Shown piece by piece: positions 19,661 through 28,531 of a DNA stretch of 64,000 nt. A program made the translations under genes and the position numbers. How positions within the stretch are numbered: position 1 is the first letter of the stretch; each line of letters opens with the position of its first letter. Under the pieces are notes generated by a model. It was not told the DNA's origin. It worked only from the letters and a program-made list of their open reading frames with translations, and ran no database searches. The DNA comes from Bacteroidia bacterium (lineage in GTDB: Bacteria; Bacteroidota; Bacteroidia; M30B66). The stretch lies in NCBI GenBank assembly GCA_018401705.1, contig JAGYKL010000001.1:148473-212472 (forward strand), read 5' to 3'.

Positions 19661-21244
19661 TTACCTGTTTAAAAGCAGCTTTTTAGAATGAATAAAGCCT
19701 TGGTGAGTGATGCGACAAACAGCAACTCCTTTTGATGAATCAATAGCTGTATATGGAATTAACTTACCTTGAGACAAATCGGTTTCATCAAGTGTGAAAA
19801 TAGCTTTTCCTGATGCATCCAGAATATCAACATGAATGTTATCTCCTTTGGAGGATGGAACCTGAATAAATATTCCTTCGGCGGTTTGGTTAATCACAGG
19901 CTTCGAAGCTGCATTTTGCATTTGAGCTTTTAGCACTTCTGTATTAATGAAGACTTCGATAATCTTATCTGAGGCCATTGTAGTGCCTGTGGCTTGCATA
20001 AAAGTATTTTTCGAATCACTTACAATTCCACCAACAATACTTCCTACATGAATTCTTCCTTGCGGAAGCAAATCGAGATTCAAAATGAGATTTTGATCGA
20101 AAGGGGCTGATAAATCAGGGATGAAAGAGGCAGAAGCTCCTGCAAACTCATCAAGTTGAACAGGTAACCACCCTTCAATTATCCCATCAGAATCTTGATG
20201 GATAAGGCTTATTGTTTTCGTAAATGGCACCAAAGAATCTTGAATAATTTGATTATTTTCTCCCAGATAATACTCTCCAATTCCACCGAAAAACAAAGTT
20301 TGCATGGTGTTATCAATTGCAGAATGCATAGGCAAAAATGCAGTATGATATTGATTTAGCAGCTGAGTGAAAGATGAGTCAACTTCATACCCGTTTTCAT
20401 TAAAATGAATTGAGGTTTTATGTGGAAGGTTAACATCTCTTTGAAATACACCAGTAAAAACTGTAAATCCAAAAGAACCATCAGGGAAAATCTGAGGCGC
20501 AAGATTATAATCTCGTCTGTGAAAATGATCCTGATTCCACCATGCATCATAATTTGAAATAGCTATTCCACCTCCGTCTTCGGTAATTTCAAAGAATCTG
20601 ATTTCGTCGGTATATGTTTGGGTATAAGAACCACCATTAAAAGGATTATATCTTCCATCGAAACGATGACCAAGAGTAAGGAAGTACTGATTACCAATAT
20701 GTCCGAGGTAACCTCCGCAAACAGCCATACGATCGTCTTCTATTCGTTGAAAATATTCACCTATTGGTTCTGAATTTTCAATAGCTCCGATTAAACCCGG
20801 TACGTCAATCCACAAAGCTGAAGGAAATGTCTTGTAAGCTCCGTCAATATTGCTGTAACCATAACCTCCAACTAGAAGCAAGTTATCTTCGAACTGATGA
20901 AATTCAAGATTTGAGGATGAAACCTGTTCTGCAACTTCTGGTGGCAAACCGTTTACTGAAACAAAACTCACATTTCCGTTAGATGGGTTGTAAACAAAAA
21001 TCTCTGTGTTCTGATTAATTTCAGGAAAAGCAAACGGAGGTTGAAATGCATGCAAACCGTTATTTCTGCCGCTCATTAATAGCCATTTTCCTTCATGTTG
21101 CGCCCAGCAAAACGATTGAAGAGCTGGAAAATCCAGCGGTTGAGACGTTTCGAACTCTACCGGAAAATTGATTTGTTGTGGCTGAGCAACAGAAGTATTA
21201 ATTAGTGTTAGGATAATTAACTGCAGCAGAATAGAGATTCGCAT
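19661..21244 (-). CDS. Secreted protein with a T9SS C-terminal sorting domain; function unknown
   Basis: 527 aa. Signal peptide (…LINTSVAQPQQ). The last ~80 aa (…GIFIQVPSSKGDNIHVDILDASGKAIFTLD…KGVAVCRITHQGFIHSKKLLLNR) fit the Por/T9SS type-A CTD pattern. Confidence 0.6.
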   Translation of the reverse strand: MRISILLQLIILTLINTSVAQPQQINFPVEFETSQPLDFPALQSFCWAQHEGKWLLMSGRNNGLHAFQPPFAFPEINQNTEIFVYNPSNGNVSFVSVNGLPPEVAEQVSSSNLEFHQFEDNLLLVGGYGYSNIDGAYKTFPSALWIDVPGLIGAIENSEPIGEYFQRIEDDRMAVCGGYLGHIGNQYFLTLGHRFDGRYNPFNGGSYTQTYTDEIRFFEITEDGGGIAISNYDAWWNQDHFHRRDYNLAPQIFPDGSFGFTVFTGVFQRDVNLPHKTSIHFNENGYEVDSSFTQLLNQYHTAFLPMHSAIDNTMQTLFFGGIGEYYLGENNQIIQDSLVPFTKTISLIHQDSDGIIEGWLPVQLDEFAGASASFIPDLSAPFDQNLILNLDLLPQGRIHVGSIVGGIVSDSKNTFMQATGTTMASDKIIEVFINTEVLKAQMQNAASKPVINQTAEGIFIQVPSSKGDNIHVDILDASGKAIFTLDETDLSQGKLIPYTAIDSSKGVAVCRITHQGFIHSKKLLLNR

Positions 21245-21345
21245 ATGAGATGGTTAGTTGATTTAAGCGACAAACTTATTGTAAACTCATAGTTGGCAAT
21301 GTGACTTACATCACAAATAAATACAATTGTATATTTTGTTTAGCA

Positions 21346-21380
21346 ATAAAAAAAGCCCTCACTTGAAAAAGTGAGGGCTT
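21346..21380 (-). terminator. Intrinsic terminator downstream of tRNA-His
   Basis: On the minus strand: AAGCCCTCAC-tttttcaa-GTGAGGGCTT followed by TTTTTTT. Confidence 0.8.
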
Positions 21381-21382
21381 TG

Positions 21383-21457
21383 GGTGGCCAATGGGGATCG
21401 AACCCACGACCTCTAGATCCACAAACTAGCGCTCTAACCGACTGAGCTATGGCCACC
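21383..21457 (-). tRNA. tRNA-His (anticodon GTG) with genomically encoded G-1
   Basis: The minus strand reads G-GTGGCCATAGCTCAGTCGGTTAGAGCGCTAGTTTGTGGATCTAGAGGTCGTGGGTTCGATCCCCATTGGCCAC-C. Anticodon loop is TTGTGGA. The extra 5' G pairs with discriminator C73, which is the His identity element. Confidence 0.88.
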
Positions 21458-21469
21458 GTATTGAGGGCG

Positions 21470-21499
21470 CAAATATAACAATCCTAACAATGCTGCAAA
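21470..21499 (-). promoter_or_regulatory. Bacteroidetes sigma-A-type promoter for tRNA-His
   Basis: On the minus strand: TTTG (21496-21499), an 18-nt spacer, then TATATTTG (21470-21477). It ends 12 nt upstream of the tRNA 5' end. Confidence 0.55.
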
Positions 21500-21744
21500 C
21501 GATGATGAAAAAAAAATCATTTAGATTGTTATTAAGCTGTTAAAAAATCAAGATACAGGCTTCTGACTTTTTTTTACATTTGTACTCTTAAATAATACTT
21601 TGGATCAACCTCCCTCTGAACCCCGATTGTGCAGCAAAACATTTTCTCAAGCTGCAAATAGCCGATCAACCTTTCAAGGGTTTGAGCGCATCTTAGCGCA
21701 TTTCGGCATAAATAACTTTGTTAAATCGTTAATAGATTACTCGC

Positions 21745-23055
21745 ATGCTTGGTGATGCTATAATTACTTTAGTGCTCGTGATCCTCAACGGATTTTTTGT
21801 AGCCGCAGAATTTGCAATCGTTAAAGTAAGACACTCGCAAATTGAATTAAAAGTGAGTCAGGGAAACTCAATTGCAAAAATCTCCAGTCATATATTAAAT
21901 CACCTAGACTCCTATTTAAGCGCTTGTCAATTAGGAATTACGTTGGCAAGTCTAGCCCTTGGTTGGATTGGTGAACGTGTGGTTGCCAATATGGTTTTAG
22001 CATTCTTACACAAGCTAGGATATGCAGCCGATCCTGTTGTTGCTCATTCTATTGCAATTCCAATTGCATTCAGCTTAATAACAGTACTTCATATTGTACT
22101 TGGTGAGCAAGTGCCTAAAACTGCCGCTATTAGAAATCCTCTTTCAACAACTTTGTTGGTGTCAATTCCGCTGAGAATTTTTTACGTTATTTTCATCCCT
22201 TTTATTTGGATGCTAAACGGTTTGTCAATAGCCACCTTAAAGTTATTAGGTTTAACAAAGGCAGACCATAGTGATATTCATACTGAGGAGGAACTTAGAA
22301 TGATACTCACCGAAAGTGAGGAAGGCGGAGCAATCAAACCATCTGAACATGAGCTTATTCAAAATGTATTTGAGTTCGACGATCGCGTTGTAAAACAAAT
22401 CTATGTGCCGCGTAACAGGGTTATAGCAATAGATATTGAAGATGATGCTGAAACCGTTGTAGCTAAAGTCATTGAAGAAGGTTATTCACGTTTGCCTGTT
22501 TTTAAAGATACTATCGACAACATAGTTGGGATTATTCACTCAAAAGATTTAATCAGACATATTCATACCAAATTGCCTGTTAAGATAGAAGCTTTGCTTA
22601 GGCCAGCTTATTTCATCCCCCTTTCTAAAAGGGTAAATGAATTACTAAGAGAGTTGCAACGACAACATATTCAAATGGCCATTGTAACCAACGAGTTTGG
22701 AGGAACCGAGGGCATTGTGACTATGGAAGATATCATCGAAGAATTAGTTGGTGAAATTCAAGATGAATATGATGAAGAAAAACCTGCTGTTGAAAAGAAA
22801 AGTGAAACCGAATACTTAGTCAACGCAACTTCTTCCATTAGTGACGTGAACGATTTGCTTCCTATCGCGTTAGAAGAAAGTAACGAATATGAAACCGTTT
22901 CGGGATTAGTAAATCAATTATTCAACGGCATACCTGCCGTGAATGAAAAAAAAGAGTTCGGAGGTTACCTAATAACCATTGTTAAACGCTTTAAGCATAG
23001 TGTTGAACAAGTTAAACTTGAAGTAGTCGATAAAGACTCAGTGCATACAGACTAA
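21745..23055 (+). CDS. CNNM/HlyC-CorC-family transporter-associated protein (DUF21 + CBS pair + CorC_HlyC)
   Basis: 436 aa. N-terminal DUF21 membrane domain (…FFVAAEFAIVKVRHSQIE…), a tandem CBS pair, and a C-terminal CorC_HlyC-like domain. Confidence 0.85.
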   Translation: MLGDAIITLVLVILNGFFVAAEFAIVKVRHSQIELKVSQGNSIAKISSHILNHLDSYLSACQLGITLASLALGWIGERVVANMVLAFLHKLGYAADPVVAHSIAIPIAFSLITVLHIVLGEQVPKTAAIRNPLSTTLLVSIPLRIFYVIFIPFIWMLNGLSIATLKLLGLTKADHSDIHTEEELRMILTESEEGGAIKPSEHELIQNVFEFDDRVVKQIYVPRNRVIAIDIEDDAETVVAKVIEEGYSRLPVFKDTIDNIVGIIHSKDLIRHIHTKLPVKIEALLRPAYFIPLSKRVNELLRELQRQHIQMAIVTNEFGGTEGIVTMEDIIEELVGEIQDEYDEEKPAVEKKSETEYLVNATSSISDVNDLLPIALEESNEYETVSGLVNQLFNGIPAVNEKKEFGGYLITIVKRFKHSVEQVKLEVVDKDSVHTD

Positions 23056-23060
23056 AAATT

Positions 23061-25184
23061 ATGAAATCAGATTCTCCGCATGAAGTGCTAACAGTCGAAG
23101 GAATGACTTGCGCTAATTGTGCTCAGGGAATTAGAAATGTTCTCAAGAACAAGGGCCTCACTGATGTTGAAGTGAGCTTTGCAGCAGGAGAAGTTAACTA
23201 CACTCCAATTGAATCTTATTCTATCGAGGAAATAACAAAAGACATTCATGGCTTGGGCTACCGCGTGGTTGATGCCGATACTCCTGTCAAACAAGGAATG
23301 AGCACTACAGAAAAAAGGTTTTTGTTTAGCCTTATTTTCACCATTCCTCTCTTTGCACATATGTTTGTTGATTGGCACCCACTCCATAATGCTTGGGTGC
23401 AATTTGCATTGAGCCTGCCAGTAATGATTGTTGGCTTGTTTTATTTTGGTAAAAGTGCTTTCAATTCATTGAGAAGTGGAGTTCCCAATATGGATGTGCT
23501 CATCACTATTGGCTCGTCATCGGCATTCATATATAGTATTTGGGGAACAATTGCTTATCAGGGTAGTGAAAAAGCCAACGATTTCTTGTTTTTCGAAACT
23601 GCAGCAACCATAATAACTTTAGTGCTTCTTGGTAATGTTATTGAGCAACGCTCAGTAAAACAAACAGGAAGTGCAATTAAGTCACTAGGGAAAATACAAG
23701 CAGGCTTTGCCCGAAAAGTTGAACAGCATGATGAGCATGAACATGTTACTGAAATTCCTGCCGATTTGGTTAAACCCGGCGATTTACTACAAGTAAATGA
23801 AGGTGATAAAATTGTTGCTGATGGTATTATTCTAGAAGGTGAAACAACTGTAAATGAAGCTCTTTTAACTGGCGAAAGTTTACCGGTTGAAAAGTCTAAA
23901 GGAGATAAAGTAACCGGCGGAACAATCTGCCTTCAAGGAAATTTTCGTTTTCGAGCTTTAAAAGCAGGCAAGGATACGGTACTGGCTCAAATCATCGAAT
24001 TAGTCAAGAAAGCCCAAACTGGGCAGCCCGATATTCAAAGAATTGGAGATAAAGTGAGTGCTGTTTTTGTGCCGGTTGTCACCGGGATAGCTCTTTTAAC
24101 TTTTCTTACAAGCTATTTCTTAATCGATTTAGGAGCTCAAGAAGCAATTATGCGAGCAATTGCCGTTTTGGTAATTTCTTGCCCTTGCGCCATGGGCTTG
24201 GCAACTCCAACTGCGGTGATGTCGGGAATTGGGCGCTCTGCCAAAAGCGGAATTCTCTTTCGCGACGGAAAAGTAATTGAGCAGCTCGCTAAAGTGGATA
24301 CAGTGGTTTTTGATAAAACAGGCACACTCACAACAGGCAATTTCAGCATCTCTGAATTAAACATCTATGGAGATTACAGTGAAGAAGAAATCCACTCCAT
24401 TCTACTTTCCTTAAGTAGTAAATCGGCTCATCCAATTTCAAAATCACTCGTACGCGAATTAAAAGGCAAGAAGGCTGATTTAAAAGACATAAAAGAAGTT
24501 AAAGGCCTCGGAATGACAGGCATTAATTTGCATGGAGATCTATTAAAAATGGGTTCAGTAAAAATACTTAGCGATGAGCCTAAACATGCAAACTATGATT
24601 TGTATTTAACCCTAAACGAAACATGCATTTCGTCGCTAAAACTTCAAGATGAGATAAAACCCGATGCTCGTGAGGCTGTTCAGGAGCTAAATGCAATGGG
24701 ACTAAAAACGGTTTTGCTGAGTGGAGACCATGAATACAAATGCTCATTGGTGGCTGAGAAGTTGGGTATCAAAGAATTTTACTCTAGTCAATCGCCCGAA
24801 CAGAAGCTGAATGTAATTGAGAGACTCAAAGAATCTTCAAAAGTGGCAATGATTGGTGATGGAATTAATGATGCACCTGCTCTTAACCTTTCGGATGTTG
24901 GAATCTCCATTTCTGACTCGAGCGAAGTAGCAAGGAACTCAGCTAAATTAATAGTGCTTAACGAATCAGGGTTACTTGCTGTTCCAAAAGCGATGAAACT
25001 AAGCCGACTGAGCCTGCGTACAATTCATCAAAACTTATTCTGGGCATTTTTTTACAATGTAATTGCGATACCTATAGCTGCCGCTGGACTATTAAATCCA
25101 ATGGTTGCAGCATTTTCAATGGCCTTCTCTGATGTTGTTGTAATTGGAAATTCTATACTGTTGCAATTTAGAAAATTGAAATAA
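23061..25184 (+). CDS. Heavy-metal (Cu+-type) translocating P1B-type ATPase
   Basis: 707 aa. N-terminal HMA domain with GMTCANCAQ, transmembrane CPC motif (…ISCPCAMGLATP…), phosphorylation site DKTGTLT, and hinge GDGINDAPAL. Confidence 0.9.
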   Translation: MKSDSPHEVLTVEGMTCANCAQGIRNVLKNKGLTDVEVSFAAGEVNYTPIESYSIEEITKDIHGLGYRVVDADTPVKQGMSTTEKRFLFSLIFTIPLFAHMFVDWHPLHNAWVQFALSLPVMIVGLFYFGKSAFNSLRSGVPNMDVLITIGSSSAFIYSIWGTIAYQGSEKANDFLFFETAATIITLVLLGNVIEQRSVKQTGSAIKSLGKIQAGFARKVEQHDEHEHVTEIPADLVKPGDLLQVNEGDKIVADGIILEGETTVNEALLTGESLPVEKSKGDKVTGGTICLQGNFRFRALKAGKDTVLAQIIELVKKAQTGQPDIQRIGDKVSAVFVPVVTGIALLTFLTSYFLIDLGAQEAIMRAIAVLVISCPCAMGLATPTAVMSGIGRSAKSGILFRDGKVIEQLAKVDTVVFDKTGTLTTGNFSISELNIYGDYSEEEIHSILLSLSSKSAHPISKSLVRELKGKKADLKDIKEVKGLGMTGINLHGDLLKMGSVKILSDEPKHANYDLYLTLNETCISSLKLQDEIKPDAREAVQELNAMGLKTVLLSGDHEYKCSLVAEKLGIKEFYSSQSPEQKLNVIERLKESSKVAMIGDGINDAPALNLSDVGISISDSSEVARNSAKLIVLNESGLLAVPKAMKLSRLSLRTIHQNLFWAFFYNVIAIPIAAAGLLNPMVAAFSMAFSDVVVIGNSILLQFRKLK

Positions 25185-25220
25185 GAATATAGAAATCTTC
25201 TATTTTCGCTCAAATAGTTT

Positions 25221-26387
25221 GTGATGAACATACTCTTTCTGGCTTCTTGGTATCCTACTGAAAAAAATCCTTTGTTAGGTATTTTCATTCAGCGCCATGC
25301 ACTTGCTGTTTCCCGATTTCATCAGGTTACCGTTTTGCATGCTGTTGCAGATATCGAAATGAAAGAGGGAGAATTTAGGATAGCAAAGCAAGAATCAGAG
25401 AGTTTTAGAGAGATAATCATTTATTTCGGAAAATCTTCAAGTTCAGGCAAGATTAGTAAGTTCTTAAAACAAAACTCATTACTTAAAAAACACTATAAGT
25501 TCGGCGCAGAAAAGGTCGAACAGTGGTATGGCAAACCTGATATTGTGCACCTTAACGTGCCCTGGCCACTCGGTAATATCGCTATCGAATTAAATAATAA
25601 GTGGAAAAGCAAACTAATTGTATCTGAACATTGGACAGGTTATCAACCTGAAGATGGAAGGTTCAAAGGCTTTTTCATGAAGTGGCTTACTGCTCGAACT
25701 TTAAAGAAAGCAAGTTTTGTCCTTCCTGTTAGTGAGCAACTGATGGCTGCAATGAAGCGACATGGCTTAAAAGGAAATTACGAAGTGCTTCCAAACGTGG
25801 TTGACGACCAGCTTTTCATTTCCGCCGAAGGCGAAAAACCTACAAGAAAACTCATTCATGTTTCGGTAATCGACGATAAGCAGAAGAATGTAAGTGGCTT
25901 ACTCAAAGCATTTAAGAAAATTCATCATAAATACCCGGATGTTTCATTAACCATTGTTGGTGGCGGCCCTGATGAAAGTGCTATAAAGCGTTTGTCAAAC
26001 GAATTAGGATTAACATTCAGGGGTGTAGAATTCAAAGGCAGTTTAACAGGAACTGATTTGGTAAGTGAATTTCAAAAAGCTTCAGCCTTAGTGATGAATT
26101 CGAGATTCGAGAATCAACCGGTGGTAATCTTGGAAGCCTTATGCTGTGGTTTGCCTGTTATTGCACCTTCAATTGGTGGGATTCCCGAAATAATCAACAG
26201 TAAAAACGGGATTCTTTTTGAAGCTGAAAACGAAAATGCTTTGGTAGATGCCTTTGAACAGTGGCTCCGCGATGATGATTCATTCAATCGCACTAACATT
26301 CGTCTAGATGCTGTTGCAAATTTCGGAGCTTACGCTGTTGGAGAAATGCTGAGTAAAATCTATTTAAAAGCAACGGGCAAATGCTAA
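25221..26387 (+). CDS. Glycosyltransferase family 4
   Basis: 388 aa. GT4 C-terminal half (…SRFENQPVVILEALCCGLPVIAPSIGGIPEII…). Confidence 0.8.
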   Translation: MMNILFLASWYPTEKNPLLGIFIQRHALAVSRFHQVTVLHAVADIEMKEGEFRIAKQESESFREIIIYFGKSSSSGKISKFLKQNSLLKKHYKFGAEKVEQWYGKPDIVHLNVPWPLGNIAIELNNKWKSKLIVSEHWTGYQPEDGRFKGFFMKWLTARTLKKASFVLPVSEQLMAAMKRHGLKGNYEVLPNVVDDQLFISAEGEKPTRKLIHVSVIDDKQKNVSGLLKAFKKIHHKYPDVSLTIVGGGPDESAIKRLSNELGLTFRGVEFKGSLTGTDLVSEFQKASALVMNSRFENQPVVILEALCCGLPVIAPSIGGIPEIINSKNGILFEAENENALVDAFEQWLRDDDSFNRTNIRLDAVANFGAYAVGEMLSKIYLKATGKC

Positions 26388-27643
26388 GACTCATGCTGAT
26401 GACCTTTGTGAGCCGCCTTGCAACTGCAGTGGTGAACTTTGGTACAATCATGCTTTTGTCGCGAAAACTTGGTCCCGAAGGAAAAGGATTAGCAACACTT
26501 ATGCTTGTTATCGTAATTAGCGTTCAGCTTATTTGCGACTTTATGGGCGGGGCAGCCATGGTTTATTTGGCTCCCAGATACAGACTTAGAAATCTTCTTA
26601 TCCCTTCGTGGGTGTGGACTAGCTTTTGGTCTCTCTTAGCTCCATTGATTGTATTTCTGGTTCGCCCCGATTTGTATGATTACTATGGATGGCACATTGC
26701 CGGATTATCTTTTCTAAACGCCAGTATGAATCAGCAATTTCATTTGCTAAATGGAAGGGAAAAGTTTAATCATGTGAACGCACTAAATCTCTTGATTGCC
26801 GTTTTGGTAGTGAGTTCATTATCGTATTTTATCTGGAACGACCCTGAGCCAATTCATTATGTTTACGCGCTTTACGCGGGATGGCTTCCCGGTTGGATTA
26901 TCTCACTCTTGATGCTCCTTCAACTGCCAAAGGCAGGAGATTCAATCGGAATTAAGAAGTCACTAAAAGCCCTCCTCACCTACTCCTCTGCTAATCAGTT
27001 TGGGCATTTACTTCAGTTTTCTTCCCAAAGAATTGCCTATTTCCTACTTCCTGCATTTAGCTTAGGGATTTATTCGAATGCTGTTTCCCTTGCTGAAGCC
27101 ATGTGGATGCTTTCAACCAGCATTGCCACTATTCAGTATGGAAAAATTGCGAATTCGGATAGTAAAGTAGAAGCAATCAAATTAACCTTGCCATTGTTTA
27201 GGGCAAGTATGCTTGTTACTCTTGTAGCAGGAAGTACATTATGTCTTATGCCGGCTTCTCTTTACGGCTTGTTGTTTGGCGATGCCTTTATTCCTGTAAA
27301 GCAAAACCTACTCATTCTACTTCCAGGTGTGGTAGCAATTTCGGGTTATTTAATCTTGGGTCACTATTTTTCGGGCACAGGCCAATTCAAGAAAAACAAC
27401 AAAGCCATTGCTTCAGGGCTGGTGATAACAGTGATTGGTTTTGGTTGGCTTGCAATTCATTATGGCGAAAACTTATCAGAACACCACGCTGCTCTTGTAA
27501 CAACGCTTGCCAACATCACAACTTTTATAGCAGTGATTTATCTCTTCAAAAAAGATAGCGGAATTAAGTTGAAGGAATTAAGTCCCAGAAAATCAGATTT
27601 TACCTCTTTGTTTAAACGCCTTAGAAACAGAAACGCGATTTAG
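26381..27643 (+). CDS. Polysaccharide biosynthesis membrane protein (Wzx/MOP-type flippase-like)
   Basis: 420 aa, about 12 TM helices. Overlaps the upstream GT4 gene by 7 nt. Confidence 0.6.
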   Translation: MLRLMLMTFVSRLATAVVNFGTIMLLSRKLGPEGKGLATLMLVIVISVQLICDFMGGAAMVYLAPRYRLRNLLIPSWVWTSFWSLLAPLIVFLVRPDLYDYYGWHIAGLSFLNASMNQQFHLLNGREKFNHVNALNLLIAVLVVSSLSYFIWNDPEPIHYVYALYAGWLPGWIISLLMLLQLPKAGDSIGIKKSLKALLTYSSANQFGHLLQFSSQRIAYFLLPAFSLGIYSNAVSLAEAMWMLSTSIATIQYGKIANSDSKVEAIKLTLPLFRASMLVTLVAGSTLCLMPASLYGLLFGDAFIPVKQNLLILLPGVVAISGYLILGHYFSGTGQFKKNNKAIASGLVITVIGFGWLAIHYGENLSEHHAALVTTLANITTFIAVIYLFKKDSGIKLKELSPRKSDFTSLFKRLRNRNAI

Positions 27644-27685
27644 GTTTGCTTCTACTTTTCATTAATCTTCAATCAAAAGAGATAA

Positions 27686-28528
27686 ATGCCCTACATTGCA
27701 ACGCGCAATTGGATTATGTCTGGTTTTAAAAGAAAGTCATCAAAATTCCTTAGGGCTATTTCAGCCGTTATTAAAAACCCTCTTCTGCTAAATGCTGTGC
27801 TTGATCAGGAAGATGAGCACCGCGATTTTATGCTGCAAATCAAGGAGCTTGACAATGGCTTTCCAGAAATAGAATTTAATGATTTATTGGAAGATGAAAT
27901 TTCAGTCAAGCCTTTTGCATTCCTTGATGGCGGCTCCTTGCCAACCGATCTTGCTTTACTCAAGCTGTTAGCAAAGAAATTCAAAGCAAAAAACTACTTC
28001 GAAATTGGAACTTGGCGAGGTGAAAGCGTAAGAAACGTTGCCGACGTTGTTGAAGAATGCTACTCCCTAAATCTTTCAGATGAAGAAATAAAGTCCCGCG
28101 GCATGTCTGATGAATACATCGGCCTGCACAGGCATTTCTCAAAAAACAACCCACGCATTACACACCTTTTTGGTGATTCAAGATCATTCGACTTTTCGCA
28201 ATATGAAGGAAAATTCGATTTAGTGTTTGTTGACGGTGATCACCATTTCGATTCGGTAGTTCATGATACACAAACAGCATTTAGACTAATTTCCGAAAAG
28301 GGAATTATCGTTTGGCACGACTATTCAAACTCGCCCGAATCAACACGCTGGAATGTAGCTCATGCAATCTGGAAAGGCTGCCCACCCGATAAGCGAAAAT
28401 ACCTACGTGCTGTTTCTCATACGCTTTGCGCAGTGTTTATGACCCAGGAAATGAGTTCTAAGACCAGACGATACCCCAAAAGTCCCGAATCTGGATTTGA
28501 GATTTGTATAAAAAAGCCCTCTTCCTAA
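27686..28528 (+). CDS. Class I SAM-dependent O-methyltransferase (TylF/MycF-like, Methyltransf_24)
   Basis: …NYFEIGTWRGESV… (SAM-binding glycine-rich loop), …DLVFVDGDHHFDSVVHD…, and …IIVWHDY… are characteristic of the macrocin-O-methyltransferase family. Confidence 0.65.
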   Translation: MPYIATRNWIMSGFKRKSSKFLRAISAVIKNPLLLNAVLDQEDEHRDFMLQIKELDNGFPEIEFNDLLEDEISVKPFAFLDGGSLPTDLALLKLLAKKFKAKNYFEIGTWRGESVRNVADVVEECYSLNLSDEEIKSRGMSDEYIGLHRHFSKNNPRITHLFGDSRSFDFSQYEGKFDLVFVDGDHHFDSVVHDTQTAFRLISEKGIIVWHDYSNSPESTRWNVAHAIWKGCPPDKRKYLRAVSHTLCAVFMTQEMSSKTRRYPKSPESGFEICIKKPSS

Positions 28529-28531
28529 GCT

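Noticed and set aside
21700-21744. Possible sigma-A -7 box (TAACTTTG at ~21714-21721) upstream of the CNNM gene
   Set aside because: No acceptable -33 TTTG lies at the correct spacing. I did not list it as a feature.
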